Positions 30,085 to 41,329 of a stretch of DNA of 64,000 bases are shown here, in pieces. How positions within the stretch are numbered: the first letter of the stretch is position 1; each line of letters starts with the position of its first letter. Source of the DNA: Acidobacteriota bacterium (GTDB taxonomy: Bacteria; Acidobacteriota; UBA6911). A program made the position numbers and the translations under genes. The notes beneath the pieces were generated by a model. The model had not been told where the DNA came from. It saw only the letters and a list, made by a program, of their open reading frames with translations, and searched no databases. The DNA lies in the NCBI GenBank assembly GCA_963664705.1, contig OY761556.1, forward strand, positions 4,288,001 through 4,352,000, written 5' to 3'.

Positions 30085-30792
30085 TCACGAATCTGCTCCC
30101 TTCTGGAATTCAAGCGCAATGAGGGGAGCCTCGGGATTGCCTTCATGCTTGATGAATACAAACACCTCCATCCCCTGCGCCGCCCACGACTGAATCCGCT
30201 GCTGCCATTCCCGGCGTCCATCCGGCGTATACTGCGATTTTCGCAGCCGCAGGTAAGTAAATTGTGTTGTCAGTTGAATCGGCGTTGTCTTTTCATCCGA
30301 ATCATTGATGCAGAGCGCGGCAGAGTAGTTTTGCAGAATCTGATATGTCGACGGATCGAACCAGGAATCGTGCCGGAATTCAAAGACGACCCGAATTTCC
30401 CTTGGCAGAGCTTCCAGGAAGGCGGTCAGCTTTTCGTTGTTGCATTTGAAAAATGGCGGAAGCTGAAAAAGAATCGCTCCAAGTTTCTGCTGCAGTCCCA
30501 TTGATGTCCTGATGAAGTATTGAAGCGCATCCGAAGGGAGGCTTAGACGTTCACTATGGGTAACGCGGCGCGGCGCCTTCAGAACAAACCGGAAATTATC
30601 CGGAACCGATGCGCTCCATGAACTGATTTTGGATTCGTTTGGAATCTGGTAGAAGGTGTTGTTCAGTTCAACACTGCGAAATTGCGTGCCATAAAAACGA
30701 AGGAAGTTTTTTCTGGAGACATCTGCCGGATAGAAGCTCGGCTTCCATTCCGGGTAATCATATCCAGATGTTCCTACATCGATCCGCGCCAT
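30085..30792 (-). CDS. DUF72 (YecE-like) protein
   Basis: VGTSGYDYPEW, VELNNTFY, LFQLPP, EFRHDSW and YLRLR. Confidence 0.92.
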   Translation of the reverse strand: MARIDVGTSGYDYPEWKPSFYPADVSRKNFLRFYGTQFRSVELNNTFYQIPNESKISSWSASVPDNFRFVLKAPRRVTHSERLSLPSDALQYFIRTSMGLQQKLGAILFQLPPFFKCNNEKLTAFLEALPREIRVVFEFRHDSWFDPSTYQILQNYSAALCINDSDEKTTPIQLTTQFTYLRLRKSQYTPDGRREWQQRIQSWAAQGMEVFVFIKHEGNPEAPLIALEFQKGADS

Positions 30793-30803
30793 AGGCCTAA
30801 GCA

Positions 30804-30845
30804 AGAAGCCGGAAGTCAGGAACTGGAAGGCAGGATCCGGAATCC
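30804..30845. repeat. Degenerate heptamer tandem repeat
   Basis: AGAAGCC GGAAGTC AGGAACT GGAAGGC AGGATCC GGAATCC. Confidence 0.6.
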
Positions 30846-30933
30846 GTCACCTGCTTCCAACACACGTCGAAATAAGTTTATAACTTAACCGGACTCATTG
30901 AAATGCCTCACCGGGGCCTGACCGGCAATCGCT

Positions 30934-31242
30934 CTACTGCACCGTAGTGCCGCTGGAGGGTTTGCCGCCTTCAGTCTGCTTGCTCCGCTGAGCTTGAAGT
31001 GCCTGTATCAGCCCGTCCACGATCTGAGTCGGTATGGCAATCACCGCTTTCACCGGCGCGGGCAAAGTTCCGGTTTTCTGCATTTTCAACGCTTCCTCTT
31101 CGCTCTGGGGGCCGATGACGTCGCAAAAGGTAAGAGTGCAGTCCAGGGGAGACACGCTTACCTGGACATAGTTGGAATATACTCTCGGAGAACTGATCGA
31201 GTGATCCGCAATAATCTGTACCGGTCTTTCCTCGTTCGGCAT
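30934..31242 (-). CDS. DUF3467-like small protein
   Basis: VYSNYVQV...D.TLTF pattern; GAGG RBS. Confidence 0.7.
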   Translation of the reverse strand: MPNEERPVQIIADHSISSPRVYSNYVQVSVSPLDCTLTFCDVIGPQSEEEALKMQKTGTLPAPVKAVIAIPTQIVDGLIQALQAQRSKQTEGGKPSSGTTVQ

Positions 31243-31268
31243 GTTGTTCCCTCACTTAAGTTGTAGAT

Positions 31269-31613
31269 TTATCCTGGAGGCCAGTGGAGCATTCGTCCGC
31301 CCAGGATATGGATGTGCAGATGAAATACCGTCTGGCCGGCTTCGGCATTTGTGTTAATTACAGTCCGGTAACCCGTTCCATCGATTCCCTGCTCCTTTGC
31401 AATGCGACCTACCACCGTCAACATATGCCCCAGCAGCACTTTATCATTTTCCAGATCATCGTTCAGCGATGTGATGTGCTTGCGCGGAATCACCAGCAGG
31501 TGAACCGGCGCTTTGGGGCTGATATCCTGGAGGACAAGGCACTGATCGTCCTCATAGAGGATTTTTGCCGGCTTTTCGTGAGCCGCCACCTGGCAAAAAA
31601 TGCACCCGAACAT
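31269..31613 (-). CDS. hinT: Histidine triad (HIT) nucleotide-binding protein
   Basis: CIFC, DISPKAPVHLLVIP, GQTVFHLHIHILGG and WPPG. Confidence 0.95.
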   Translation of the reverse strand: MFGCIFCQVAAHEKPAKILYEDDQCLVLQDISPKAPVHLLVIPRKHITSLNDDLENDKVLLGHMLTVVGRIAKEQGIDGTGYRTVINTNAEAGQTVFHLHIHILGGRMLHWPPG

Positions 31614-31749
31614 TTTCATCTTTCCTTTTTGATAAGCATAAAAAAGCAGTTTCCTGATGGCAAAGGGAAGCATACTCAAAGGCTGCAGGTTACAGATTGC
31701 CGGCTGCAATCTTCGATGGGCATCGGTCAATCTGTGACGGATGAAAGGT

Positions 31750-33003
31750 TCAGCTCACTCTTTCAATATTAGCCCCGAGGCCCGCCAGTTTCTGTTCGAT
31801 CCGGCAATAGCCGCGGTCCAAATGATAGACGCGATCGATCCACGTCTCACCCTGGGCAACGAGAGCCGCCAGAATCAGAGACGCACTGGCGCGGAGATCG
31901 GATGCGAGAACTTTGGCTCCGGTCAGCGGTTTCCCGCCTTTTACCAGGGCTTGCCTGCCATCAATTGTAATATCCGCTCCCATTCGGATCATTTCGAGCG
32001 CATGCATGAAACGGTTCTCAAATATGGTTTCGGTGATGACGGCACTGCCGTCCCCCTGTGTCATCAATGCCATATACTGTGCCTGCATGTCTGTGGGAAA
32101 GGCTGGGTAGGGATGCGTAGTCACATTTTTTGACAGGATCGGATCCTTCCCGCGAACCCGGAAGCCATTTGCATCGGTGGTAATATCAGCCCCAGTCTGA
32201 GTTAGCTGGGAAAGAACAGACATCAGATGCTGCGGACAGCAGTTTCGAACCTCCACATCCCCCCGAGTAATGGCAGCGGCCACAGCGAAGGTGCCGGCTT
32301 CAATGCGATCTGGAATAATGCGATACCGGCATCCGTGCAGTTCCTTAACGCCCTGAATTCGGATGGTGCGGGTTCCATCTCCCTCGATGCGCGCACCCAT
32401 GGCTCGCAACAGGCCGGCCAGGTCACTGACCTCGGGCTCACAAGCCGCGTTGTCCAGAATGGTTTCCCCCTCGGCCAGGGTGGCAGCCATCATGAGGTTT
32501 TCCGTTCCGGTAACAGTCACCGTATCCATCAGGATACTGGCTCCGTGCAGGCCTTCGGAGGAAGCCTCTACGTATCCATGCACGACGTCGCACTTCGCGC
32601 CCATCTGCTCCAGCCCCATCAGGTGCAGGTTCACGGGCCTGGCGCCTATGGCACACCCTCCGGGTAGCGATACTCGGGCTTTTTTAAATCTCGCAACCAG
32701 GGGGCCAAGCACCAGGATGGAAGCCCTCATGGTTTTTACCAGCTCATAGGGAGCCTCCGGCGCACGAATATCCGACGCTTTCAGCACAGCGGTGCCATTT
32801 TCCTGGACTTCTGCCTCCGCGCCCATTTCCTGCAGCAGCCTGCGCGTTGTCAGAATGTCGCGGACATACGGTATGTTTTCCAGGAACAGCGCCTCAGCAG
32901 AAAGCAAAGATGCCGCCATGGCCGGCAGTGCCGCATTCTTTGCACCGCTGACGTCTACGCAGCCCTTCAGGGGGCTCCCTCCAACAACTCGAATCTTATC
33001 CAT
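31750..33003 (-). CDS. murA: UDP-N-acetylglucosamine 1-carboxyvinyltransferase
   Basis: [34 protein letters not shown] and DLRASA. Confidence 0.98.
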   Translation of the reverse strand: MDKIRVVGGSPLKGCVDVSGAKNAALPAMAASLLSAEALFLENIPYVRDILTTRRLLQEMGAEAEVQENGTAVLKASDIRAPEAPYELVKTMRASILVLGPLVARFKKARVSLPGGCAIGARPVNLHLMGLEQMGAKCDVVHGYVEASSEGLHGASILMDTVTVTGTENLMMAATLAEGETILDNAACEPEVSDLAGLLRAMGARIEGDGTRTIRIQGVKELHGCRYRIIPDRIEAGTFAVAAAITRGDVEVRNCCPQHLMSVLSQLTQTGADITTDANGFRVRGKDPILSKNVTTHPYPAFPTDMQAQYMALMTQGDGSAVITETIFENRFMHALEMIRMGADITIDGRQALVKGGKPLTGAKVLASDLRASASLILAALVAQGETWIDRVYHLDRGYCRIEQKLAGLGANIERVS

Positions 33004-33871
33004 TAAACACTCCAGGAAGCTTGCGCCCGACGAGGCACCGTGGAATTCCCTGCAGATCGGGCAAAATCGCTTCCACGCTCAACCCCGCATCATTTGCCAG
33101 TTGATGGACTTCGTCTGCCTGTCCCGCGCCGAGTTCAAGCAGAAGGTACCCTCCCGCCCTCAGCCGTGAAGGAACTTCCGGGATCAACTCCTGGTACAGT
33201 TCCATCCCGGTTTCACCCCCAAAAAGAGCGCGGTGCGGCTCGTGATTTCTCACTTCCGGAGGGAGACTACCACAATCTTTCAGCGCGACATAAGGAGGAT
33301 TGCAGAATATGAAATCAAAGGATGGAACACGCGGAAAGCAATCGAGAAGATTCGACCGGATCAGATGAATACGCCCGGAAACTCCATGACGGATCATATT
33401 CCCACGGGCAATCCGAAGCGCAGCCTCCGATATGTCGACCGCACAACCATTACAATCCGGAACTTCGTACGCGATCGAAGCGGCAATGCACCCGGACCCT
33501 GTTCCGATATCAAGAAACCGCGTTCCGCCAGGGGGCTGGTTTCTGATTAAGTGGATCGCCCTTTCAACAAGGATTTCAGTTTCCGGCCGAGGAATCAGAA
33601 CTCCGGGTCCGACGCGAAAGACCAGACCGTAGAATTCCTGTTCGCCCGTGAGATACTGAAGCGGCTCCCCTCCGGTCCGGCGGGTAATCAAACTCTGTAG
33701 GCGTTCCCATGCGTCCCGTGAAAGAACCTCTTCCGGGTGGCTTATCACTCGTACACGATCCCAGCCAAGAACAAATGCAATCAACAGATCCGCCGTGAGG
33801 CGAGGAGACTTTATCTGCGCCCGCTGCAGCTGCTCTTCTGCCCATGCCTTGGCAGTAGCGATCGTGTGCAT
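32996..33871 (-). CDS. prmC: Release factor glutamine methyltransferase
   Basis: GEPLQY, LIPRPETE, DIGTGSG and NPPY; follows prfA. Confidence 0.96.
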   Translation of the reverse strand: MHTIATAKAWAEEQLQRAQIKSPRLTADLLIAFVLGWDRVRVISHPEEVLSRDAWERLQSLITRRTGGEPLQYLTGEQEFYGLVFRVGPGVLIPRPETEILVERAIHLIRNQPPGGTRFLDIGTGSGCIAASIAYEVPDCNGCAVDISEAALRIARGNMIRHGVSGRIHLIRSNLLDCFPRVPSFDFIFCNPPYVALKDCGSLPPEVRNHEPHRALFGGETGMELYQELIPEVPSRLRAGGYLLLELGAGQADEVHQLANDAGLSVEAILPDLQGIPRCLVGRKLPGVFNG

Positions 33872-33938
33872 GGTCGTCTAAACCTCAAAGGCGCGATTAT
33901 TTGAACCAGCGGCTCACCGGCCAAATACACTCTGCCGC

Positions 33939-35006
33939 TTACACGGCTTCTTTCAGCTTTTCCGCCTGGAAGTGCGTAATCAGCGCATCCAGCACGGCGC
34001 TGATATTTCCATCCAGGATATCCGGCAGGTTATGCACCGTCAATCCGATGCGATGATCGGTGACGCGATTCTGTGGGAAGTTGTAGGTTCGTATCTTTTC
34101 GCTTCGATCTCCGCTTTTCACCTGGCTCCGGCGATTTTCGGCAATCGACTTCTGCTGCTCTTCCAGCGCCTTTTCGTACAACCTGGAGCGAAGCACGCGC
34201 ATCGCTTTTGCCCGGTTTTTGATTTGCGATTTTTCATCCTGGCAGGAGACCACTTCGCCGGTCGGGATATGAGTAATGCGAACGGCCGAATAGGTCGTGT
34301 TTACCGACTGGCCACCCGGCCCCGAGGAACAAAATGTATCAATCCGGATATCCTTTTCGTTAATCACAACCTCGACTTCATCCGCCTCGGGCAGCACGGC
34401 AACCGTCACAGCCGAGGTATGGATGCGGCCATTTGCTTCTGTTGCAGGAACGCGCTGAACTCTATGGGTTCCACTTTCGTACTTCAGCTTGCTGTAGGCA
34501 CGATCCCCTTCCAGCATGGCAATAATTTCTTTGAAGCCACCTACCTCAGATTCGTGCTCCTCCATGATTTCGACGCGCCAGCCGGAACGTTCCGCATACC
34601 TGGAATACATGCGGAATAGCTCCGCGGCAAACAAGGTTGCCTCGTTGCCCCCGGTTCCCGCCCGGATTTCCAGGAGCACGTTCTTTTCGTCATTGGGATC
34701 TTTGGGCATCAGAAGAACCTGCAGCGCCTTCTGGCATTCCGTCTCCTGCGTCTGCAGGGACTGCAGCTCTTCATCGACCATCTTTTTCATTTCGGAATCG
34801 GTTTCCGACTCAACAAGAACTTTCGTATCCTCGATCCCCTGAAGGACAGTCTTGTATTCGCGAAATTTTTCCACCACGGCATACAGGTCCCGATGGGCTT
34901 TTGCCTGCTTCTGATAAGCAGCCTGATCCGCAAGAATCACAGGATCTGCGAGCGAAGCGGTTATTTCATCAAACTTCTTTTCAAGGGCATTTAGTTTGTC
35001 AATCAT
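33939..35006 (-). CDS. prfA: Peptide chain release factor 1
   Basis: [17 protein letters not shown] (PxT), GPGGQ and RTYNFPQ. Confidence 0.98.
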   Translation of the reverse strand: MIDKLNALEKKFDEITASLADPVILADQAAYQKQAKAHRDLYAVVEKFREYKTVLQGIEDTKVLVESETDSEMKKMVDEELQSLQTQETECQKALQVLLMPKDPNDEKNVLLEIRAGTGGNEATLFAAELFRMYSRYAERSGWRVEIMEEHESEVGGFKEIIAMLEGDRAYSKLKYESGTHRVQRVPATEANGRIHTSAVTVAVLPEADEVEVVINEKDIRIDTFCSSGPGGQSVNTTYSAVRITHIPTGEVVSCQDEKSQIKNRAKAMRVLRSRLYEKALEEQQKSIAENRRSQVKSGDRSEKIRTYNFPQNRVTDHRIGLTVHNLPDILDGNISAVLDALITHFQAEKLKEAV

Positions 35007-35054
35007 AGGGTATCCATGAAAGGAATGGAGGCAAAAGGACGCGGGCGTGTCCCG

Positions 35055-36023
35055 CTAGGCGGCTGTCTGCTCTTCTCGAGCTTTGATTCCATCCAGCTCC
35101 AGCGATTCCTTGAGGGCGCGGATGGCAATTTCCAGCTGGTCGTCCGACGGCTCTTTGGTGGTAATGCGCTGCAGCGTCAACCCGGGTAGTACCATCAGCC
35201 GGAAAACTCCCCGTTGGTATCGCGAAGCCGAGAAACGTATCAGCTCATACGATAAACCGGATACAACCGGCACCAGCACGATGCGCGAAAGGAATATCGC
35301 CCAGAAAGCGCTCAATTTGAAGATTGAGAAAACAATAATGCTCACCACCATCACAACCAGCAGGAAGCTGGTCCCACAGCGCGGATGCAATGTCGACTTC
35401 TTGCGGGCATTGTCTATGGTCAGCTCTTCCTTGGCTTCCCAGGTATGCACAACTTTGTGCTCGGCTCCGTGATATTGAAAAACACGGCGGATATCCTTCA
35501 GAAAGCTGATCACAATGATGTAGGTCAGGAAGAAAATAACGCGGATCAGGCCATCAACGAGGTTGAAAACCAGCCAGTTGTGTACAGCGGGAATATACCC
35601 CCGCAACCAGCTTGTAATCCAAAGGGGCAGCAGGATAAAAAGAAGAACCGCGACTGCCACGCCCAAAACCATGGACATGGCAACCGGCACAAACGAGTTC
35701 TCTTTTTCGCTTTTCTGGGATTTTTTCTTCTTATCGTTCTCATCAATGTCTGCCATCGAGGCATTGATGGAGAAATTCAGGGTTCGAATCCCCAGATACA
35801 AGGATTGAACCAGGACCGCAAAACCCCGAATGACAAACCAGGATAGAGGCTTCCAGTACTCGGACACACGCTTGACGGGCTCCTTTTTGACTTCTATGGA
35901 GCCATCAGCGCGACGGACGGCAACGGCATAGGCATGAGGCGTACGCATCATGACCCCTTCGATGACCGCCTGCCCCCCAACCAGTATGTCTTCAGGCGAA
36001 GCTTTGGCTTTATTGTCCGACAT
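35055..36023 (-). CDS. DUF1385 membrane protein
   Basis: GGQAVIEGVMMR, YHGAEHK, HPRCGTSF and LQRITTKEP. Confidence 0.93.
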   Translation of the reverse strand: MSDNKAKASPEDILVGGQAVIEGVMMRTPHAYAVAVRRADGSIEVKKEPVKRVSEYWKPLSWFVIRGFAVLVQSLYLGIRTLNFSINASMADIDENDKKKKSQKSEKENSFVPVAMSMVLGVAVAVLLFILLPLWITSWLRGYIPAVHNWLVFNLVDGLIRVIFFLTYIIVISFLKDIRRVFQYHGAEHKVVHTWEAKEELTIDNARKKSTLHPRCGTSFLLVVMVVSIIVFSIFKLSAFWAIFLSRIVLVPVVSGLSYELIRFSASRYQRGVFRLMVLPGLTLQRITTKEPSDDQLEIAIRALKESLELDGIKAREEQTAA

Positions 36024-36038
36024 CGACAATCTCAGGAC

Positions 36039-36254
36039 CTAGACCGATTTCTTCTTATCCAAACCGTAGCGCTTCTGGAACCGCTCAATACGACCGGCGG
36101 TATCAATCAGCTTCTGCTTTCCGGTAAAGAAAGGATGACAGGCGGAGCACATTTCCAACCGGATCTCCGACTTTGTAGACCGTGTCTCAAATTTGTTACC
36201 GCAGGCGCAAGTCACAACAATCTTTTGATATTTGGGATGAATTCCTTCTCTCAT
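36039..36254 (-). CDS. rpmE: 50S ribosomal protein L31 (Zn-binding form)
   Basis: MREGIHPKY...CACG...[13 protein letters not shown]. Confidence 0.97.
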   Translation of the reverse strand: MREGIHPKYQKIVVTCACGNKFETRSTKSEIRLEMCSACHPFFTGKQKLIDTAGRIERFQKRYGLDKKKSV

Positions 36255-36358
36255 TTCGTCCTCTTCATTCGGGCACACTCCAAGCGAGCGGCACAAGATA
36301 AAACGCAAAGTATACCATTGAGAACAATCTGCCGCCAGCCATTTTCGATAGGGAAAGG

Positions 36359-36467
36359 GATTCGAGATTCCTGATTTCAGATTCCGGCAGGTAAGTAGGT
36401 GTCGTTGGCGGGATGGCGGTGTTTCCCAGTGGGTTGGCAGGAATTTGGAATCCGGAATCAGAAATCG
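36359..36467. repeat. Inverted pair of heptamer arrays
   Basis: GATTCGA GATTCCT GATTTCA GATTCCG ... GGAATTT GGAATCC GGAATCA GAAATCG. Confidence 0.75.
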
Positions 36468-36615
36468 GCTGTCCCTGTGCCTGCAACTCAAAAGGAATCA
36501 ACATGAAAACTTGTCCAATAGATTTTATTGTGGTAGTGTGTACCGTTCTTTTGCTCCCCGTTGCAGAATCTGATCAGTTCGGATGAACTGCAATGCCCAA
36601 AACTCTATGGGGATA

Positions 36616-37569
36616 ATGAAGGTATACTTTCATAATAACTGTTTTGACGGGCTGGCTTCGGCCTCTGTTTTCAGCAATTTTTACGTAAACTCCATCCGAA
36701 AAAATTGTGAATTTCAGTATGAGGGATTGGCTCATCGCGCCGGCCAGTTATTTCTGGATGTGCAGTTTGACGGGGATGAGAACGCCATCGTGGATTTCAA
36801 ATATTCGAGCGATCCACGCCTGACGTGGTGGTTTGACCACCATCAAAGTGCATTCCTAAGTCCTGAGGATGAAGCGCACTTCCGGGCTGATCGCAGCGGA
36901 AGAAAATTCCACGATCCAACCTACCGCTCCTGTACGAAGTTCATCGTAGAAATGCTCCAGAAGCACTTCGGGTTCGATTCCAGCCGCCTAAGCGAATTGA
37001 TCAAGTGGGCCGATATTATTGATGGCGCACAATTTGTGAGCGCACAAAGCGCGGTGGAACTCCAGGAATCGGCAATGAAGCTGATGATGGTCATTGAAGG
37101 GGTTCGCGACAGCAATCGGATCTATGGACTCATCGGCGAATTCCAGAAGAGATCCATGGACGAAATCATGCAGCTGGATTGGGTCCAGGAATCCTTCCGG
37201 CCTCTCTATGAACGGCATCTGCGTTCTATCGACATTATCAAACGGCATGCACACTGCTCGGATAGCACTGTTTTCTTTGATATCAGCGGCCACGACCTGG
37301 AGGGCTACAACAAGTTCATCCCCTATTATCTCTTCCCGCAGGCCACCTACTGTGTCGGAGTAAGTCTTTCAAGTTTCAGAGCCAAGATCTCGGTCGGCTC
37401 CAATCCCTGGAGTCCTCGCCCGCGCAGGCAGAATCTGGCAGCACTTTGTGAGCGCCACGGAGGAGGAGGACATCCGGTCGTCGGCGCAATCTCCTTTGCC
37501 CCAAATGAACTGGAAAAAGCCAGAGCCATTGCCCAGGAGATTGCAGCTGAATTGCGCAAAGACCCCTAG
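36616..37569 (+). CDS. DHH family phosphoesterase
   Basis: HNNCFDG, IVDF, FDHH and GGGGH motifs. Confidence 0.88.
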   Translation: MKVYFHNNCFDGLASASVFSNFYVNSIRKNCEFQYEGLAHRAGQLFLDVQFDGDENAIVDFKYSSDPRLTWWFDHHQSAFLSPEDEAHFRADRSGRKFHDPTYRSCTKFIVEMLQKHFGFDSSRLSELIKWADIIDGAQFVSAQSAVELQESAMKLMMVIEGVRDSNRIYGLIGEFQKRSMDEIMQLDWVQESFRPLYERHLRSIDIIKRHAHCSDSTVFFDISGHDLEGYNKFIPYYLFPQATYCVGVSLSSFRAKISVGSNPWSPRPRRQNLAALCERHGGGGHPVVGAISFAPNELEKARAIAQEIAAELRKDP

Positions 37570-37574
37570 TCGCT

Positions 37575-38816
37575 ATGCCCGAAACCGACTCTCTGCAGCA
37601 TCCTCGCCTGCGGCCGGTGGAAGCATTCCCGGTCCAAATGAATAATCAGGAATATGTTTGTGTGCGGGATCCACAAACCCTTGCCGAGCAACCCATCTTT
37701 TTGAATCAAACACTTCTATTCCTCGTTTCGCGCATGGACGGGGAGCATTCGCTGCGCGATATCCAGGCGGAGTTCTTCCGCGCCAGTGGAGAAATCCTTC
37801 CGATTGAAACGCTGGAAACCCTGGTCCGGCAACTGGATGAACAGCATTATCTCGACAGCCCCTCCTTTAGTGTCTATTACAGGGGCTTGCTGGACCAGTA
37901 TCTGGCCGCTCCTTCCCGCCCGGCGCGCCATGCGGGATCCGCGTATGAAGCGACGCCAGAAGCTCTCTCTGCACAAATTAAGGACTTCTTTGCTCTGCCC
38001 GAAGGTCCCGGTAATAATTCCATCCCGGATATCTCACGGCCGCTGCGCGGGCTGATTTCGCCGCATATTGATTTCACCCGGGGCGGGAGCACTTATGCCC
38101 ATGCCTACAAAGCACTTGCCGATAGTCCCAAAGCGGATCTCTACATCCTGTTTGGCACCTGTCACACGCCGATGCCGGCGCGATTCGCCATAACCGATAA
38201 GGACTATGAGACTCCACTGGGAACAGTCAAAACGGACAAGGATTTCGTCGCACGGCTTCAATCCCGTGTGGGAAATCGGTATATGGATGGTTTTTCACAC
38301 CGCAATGAGCACTCGCTTGAATTCCAGGTTGTCTTTCTGCGCTATATCATGCGAAAGAAGCCGGACTTCAAGATAGTCCCAATCCTGGTCAACTCCTTCC
38401 AGGACATCTATTCCTCCGGCAGAACAGCTCAGGAAGACCCCGAGATCAGCGCTATCGTCGGAGCTATCCGCGAAACCATGCAGGAAACGAGGGGACGCAT
38501 CTGCATTATCGCCGGAGCGGATTTGGCTCACGTGGGAAAGCGCTTTGGTGACCCTTCCGGTCCCACCGAACAGTCCCTGCAAAAAGTCGAACGCGAAGAC
38601 CGCATTTTTCTTCATTTCATCGAGCAGGGAGACGCGGAAGGCATGTTCTGTTCAATCGCCGAAGAAGACGACCGTCGAAGAGTCTGCGGATATCCTCCAA
38701 TTTATATGACCCTTCGCTGCATGGACCAGCCGCGAGGCAAACTTCTTCAATACCGGCAATGGTCCGACCTGAGTGCCGGGGCCGCCGTCACCTACGCCGC
38801 ATTGGCATTGTATTGA
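37575..38816 (+). CDS. MEMO1 family protein (AmmeMemoRadiSam protein B) with N-terminal extension
   Basis: RPARHAGSAY, ISPHID, GTCH, ETPLG, HRNEHSLEFQ, DLAHVG and VCG. Confidence 0.9.
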   Translation: MPETDSLQHPRLRPVEAFPVQMNNQEYVCVRDPQTLAEQPIFLNQTLLFLVSRMDGEHSLRDIQAEFFRASGEILPIETLETLVRQLDEQHYLDSPSFSVYYRGLLDQYLAAPSRPARHAGSAYEATPEALSAQIKDFFALPEGPGNNSIPDISRPLRGLISPHIDFTRGGSTYAHAYKALADSPKADLYILFGTCHTPMPARFAITDKDYETPLGTVKTDKDFVARLQSRVGNRYMDGFSHRNEHSLEFQVVFLRYIMRKKPDFKIVPILVNSFQDIYSSGRTAQEDPEISAIVGAIRETMQETRGRICIIAGADLAHVGKRFGDPSGPTEQSLQKVEREDRIFLHFIEQGDAEGMFCSIAEEDDRRRVCGYPPIYMTLRCMDQPRGKLLQYRQWSDLSAGAAVTYAALALY

Positions 38817-38911
38817 TCCGCCAGTTACAATTTGACTGTCAGGTTGAAGATTCCTTCGTGATGAATTCATAGCGTTCCGCGGCCGGTTTGGGATAGAGTG
38901 TATAGACCACC

Positions 38912-40054
38912 ATGCCTGAAGAGACAATTCTTGTAGTTGACGATGAGCTGGCCAATCTCCAGAAACTCCATCGAACGTTCATCCATCGCTATCCCGTTTT
39001 GAGCGCCGGCTCCGGGAGTGAAGCTCTGGAACTGGCCCGGAAAAATGAAAATGTCGCGGTCATCATTGCAGACCAGCGAATGCCGGACATGACAGGGATA
39101 GAACTCCTGCGGAAGACCCTCGATATTCTGCCGCACGCAATTCGCATCATCTTGACCGGGTATACAGACAGCGATGTGCTTATGGAAGCCATCAACAGCT
39201 GCAAAGTGTTTCGCTATATCGTCAAGCCATGGGAACCGCCGGACCTGCTGATAACAGTGGAACGCGGACTGGAAGCTTATCGACTGGCGCGGGAGAACGA
39301 GCTTTTTCGCAAGGAACTGGTTCGCAGGGAGCGCCTGGCTCGCGAATTGGAAATTGCCAGGGAAATTCAGCGATATATTCTCCCGCCTGCCGCCCCGGAA
39401 ATGGACGGATATGAAATGGCGGTGGAGTATCATCCAGCTCGCGAGGTGGGAGGCGACCTTTATGATTTTGAGTGCGATTCCAATGCGCTCCAGGTCATAA
39501 TCGGCGATGTATCTGGAAAATCAATCCCCGCAGCACTTTACGGAGCTGTTTTCAGCGGGCAATTGCGAGCTCTTTTCCCGGCAGGCAAATCCCCCGCGGA
39601 TGCACTCGAATTTCTCAACAGCAACCTCGTAGCCAGATACCAGTCAGGCAATTATATTGCTGTAACATATTGCCGGCTTAATCTTGAGGATGGCTCAGGT
39701 ATACTTGCTAACGGGGGCATGCCTTTCCCCTTCCTCGTTCGAGGGAATACCGTCACCAGGCTGACAGTGCCGGGAGTACCACTTGGATTGCTGGAGGGAA
39801 CCAGCTACAAACCGCTGGATTTTCATTTGGATCCGGAAGATACGCTGGTTCTATTCAGTGATGGAACGACGGACGCATTAAACAAAGAAGAACATTTTTA
39901 CGATATTGATCGCTTTGCGGAATCCATCCAGCGCCATTCGACTCTGAATGTGGCCGGGATGCTGAAGAGTGCGTACTCGGATGTAATGGAGTTTATCGCG
40001 GGCGCCGAATTAAGCGACGATATAACGATGATTGCCTTGCGGCGAACAAAATAG
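38912..40054 (+). CDS. Response regulator receiver fused to a PP2C/SpoIIE (RsbU-like) phosphatase
   Basis: LVVDDE, DQRMP, KPW; VGGDLYD, GDVSGK, FSDG and DDIT. Confidence 0.93.
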   Translation: MPEETILVVDDELANLQKLHRTFIHRYPVLSAGSGSEALELARKNENVAVIIADQRMPDMTGIELLRKTLDILPHAIRIILTGYTDSDVLMEAINSCKVFRYIVKPWEPPDLLITVERGLEAYRLARENELFRKELVRRERLARELEIAREIQRYILPPAAPEMDGYEMAVEYHPAREVGGDLYDFECDSNALQVIIGDVSGKSIPAALYGAVFSGQLRALFPAGKSPADALEFLNSNLVARYQSGNYIAVTYCRLNLEDGSGILANGGMPFPFLVRGNTVTRLTVPGVPLGLLEGTSYKPLDFHLDPEDTLVLFSDGTTDALNKEEHFYDIDRFAESIQRHSTLNVAGMLKSAYSDVMEFIAGAELSDDITMIALRRTK

Positions 40055-40063
40055 GGGTCACAC

Positions 40064-41329
40064 ATGCTGCTTATCAGAAATATCGCGCAAATCGTCACGC
40101 TCGGCGGAGGGCCGATCCCAAGGGTAGGCAATTCAATGTCCAACCTTGGCATTATCGAAAACGGCGCCATCCTGATTCGCGGGGAACGAATTGTGTGGGT
40201 GGGCCCCACCAAAGACCTTCCGGTTCGAGAACCCGGAATCCGGTACCAGACTTTGGACGGCGTCGGGCTGGATTTGGTAGCGATTCCCGGCTTCGTCGAC
40301 CCGCACACGCACCCGATCTTTGCGGGCACTCGTGTTGACGAGTATGACCTTCGCATTCAAGGCAAGAGCTACGATGAAATCGCGGCCGAAGGTGGAGGCA
40401 TTTCGGAAAGCGTCGGACAGTTGCGAGCAGCCACCCATAGCCAACTCCTGGAGAGATCCGAACGCTATTTCAGGAGCTTCCTTTCCCATGGAACCACGAC
40501 CATCGAAGCCAAAAGCGGCTATGGTTTGAGTTTTGATGATGAGCTGAAGAGCATGCATGTCCTGGGTGCACTCCGTGAGCGCAGCCGGCTGGAAATCGTC
40601 CCGACCTTTATGGGGGCGCATGCGATCCCGGTGGAATATGCCGCTTCCAGAGACCAGTATATTCGGCAGGTCACCGACAGGATGATTCCGCAGGTGGTCG
40701 GCGAAGGGCTGGCACATTACTGCGATGTTTTCTGCGAAAAAGGCTATTTTACCGTGGAGGAAGCTCGAACCATTTTAAAGGCGGCAAAAGAGGCGGGATT
40801 GGGCCTGCGCGTTCATGCCGATGAACTGTCCCCCAGCGGTGGAGCCATGCTTGCCGCAGAGCTGGAAGCCGCCAGTGCCGACCATTTGCAATATATTGAC
40901 GACGTCGGCATTGAAGCTTTGAAACAGGCGGGGACGGTGGCGACGCTCCTCCCCGGCACCGCATTCAATCTGGGGATGATGAAATATCCGCCTGCGCGAA
41001 AGCTGATCTCCGCGGGAGTGCCGGTGGCACTGGGCACCGATTTCAACCCGGGAACCTGTTTCACGCTCAACATGCAGATCATTCTGGCGATTGCATGTAC
41101 CCAGATGCGCATGACGCCTGCCGAGGCCATAACCGCGGCAACGGTCAATAGCGCCTACTCCCTGGGCCTTTCGGACAGGCTGGGGACCATCGAAGAAGGA
41201 AAGCAGGCGGACATCGTTCTCATGGACGTGTCGGATTATCGGGAATTGCCCTACTTTTTTGGCATCAACCATTGTGTCGTGACGGTCAAGAAGGGAAATG
41301 TCGTTATCAACAGATTGGAACAGCCTTGA
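40064..41329 (+). CDS. hutI: Imidazolonepropionase
   Basis: PGFVDPHTHP, GTTTIEAKSGYGL, DVFCE, HADEL and TDFNPG. Confidence 0.95.
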   Translation: MLLIRNIAQIVTLGGGPIPRVGNSMSNLGIIENGAILIRGERIVWVGPTKDLPVREPGIRYQTLDGVGLDLVAIPGFVDPHTHPIFAGTRVDEYDLRIQGKSYDEIAAEGGGISESVGQLRAATHSQLLERSERYFRSFLSHGTTTIEAKSGYGLSFDDELKSMHVLGALRERSRLEIVPTFMGAHAIPVEYAASRDQYIRQVTDRMIPQVVGEGLAHYCDVFCEKGYFTVEEARTILKAAKEAGLGLRVHADELSPSGGAMLAAELEAASADHLQYIDDVGIEALKQAGTVATLLPGTAFNLGMMKYPPARKLISAGVPVALGTDFNPGTCFTLNMQIILAIACTQMRMTPAEAITAATVNSAYSLGLSDRLGTIEEGKQADIVLMDVSDYRELPYFFGINHCVVTVKKGNVVINRLEQP

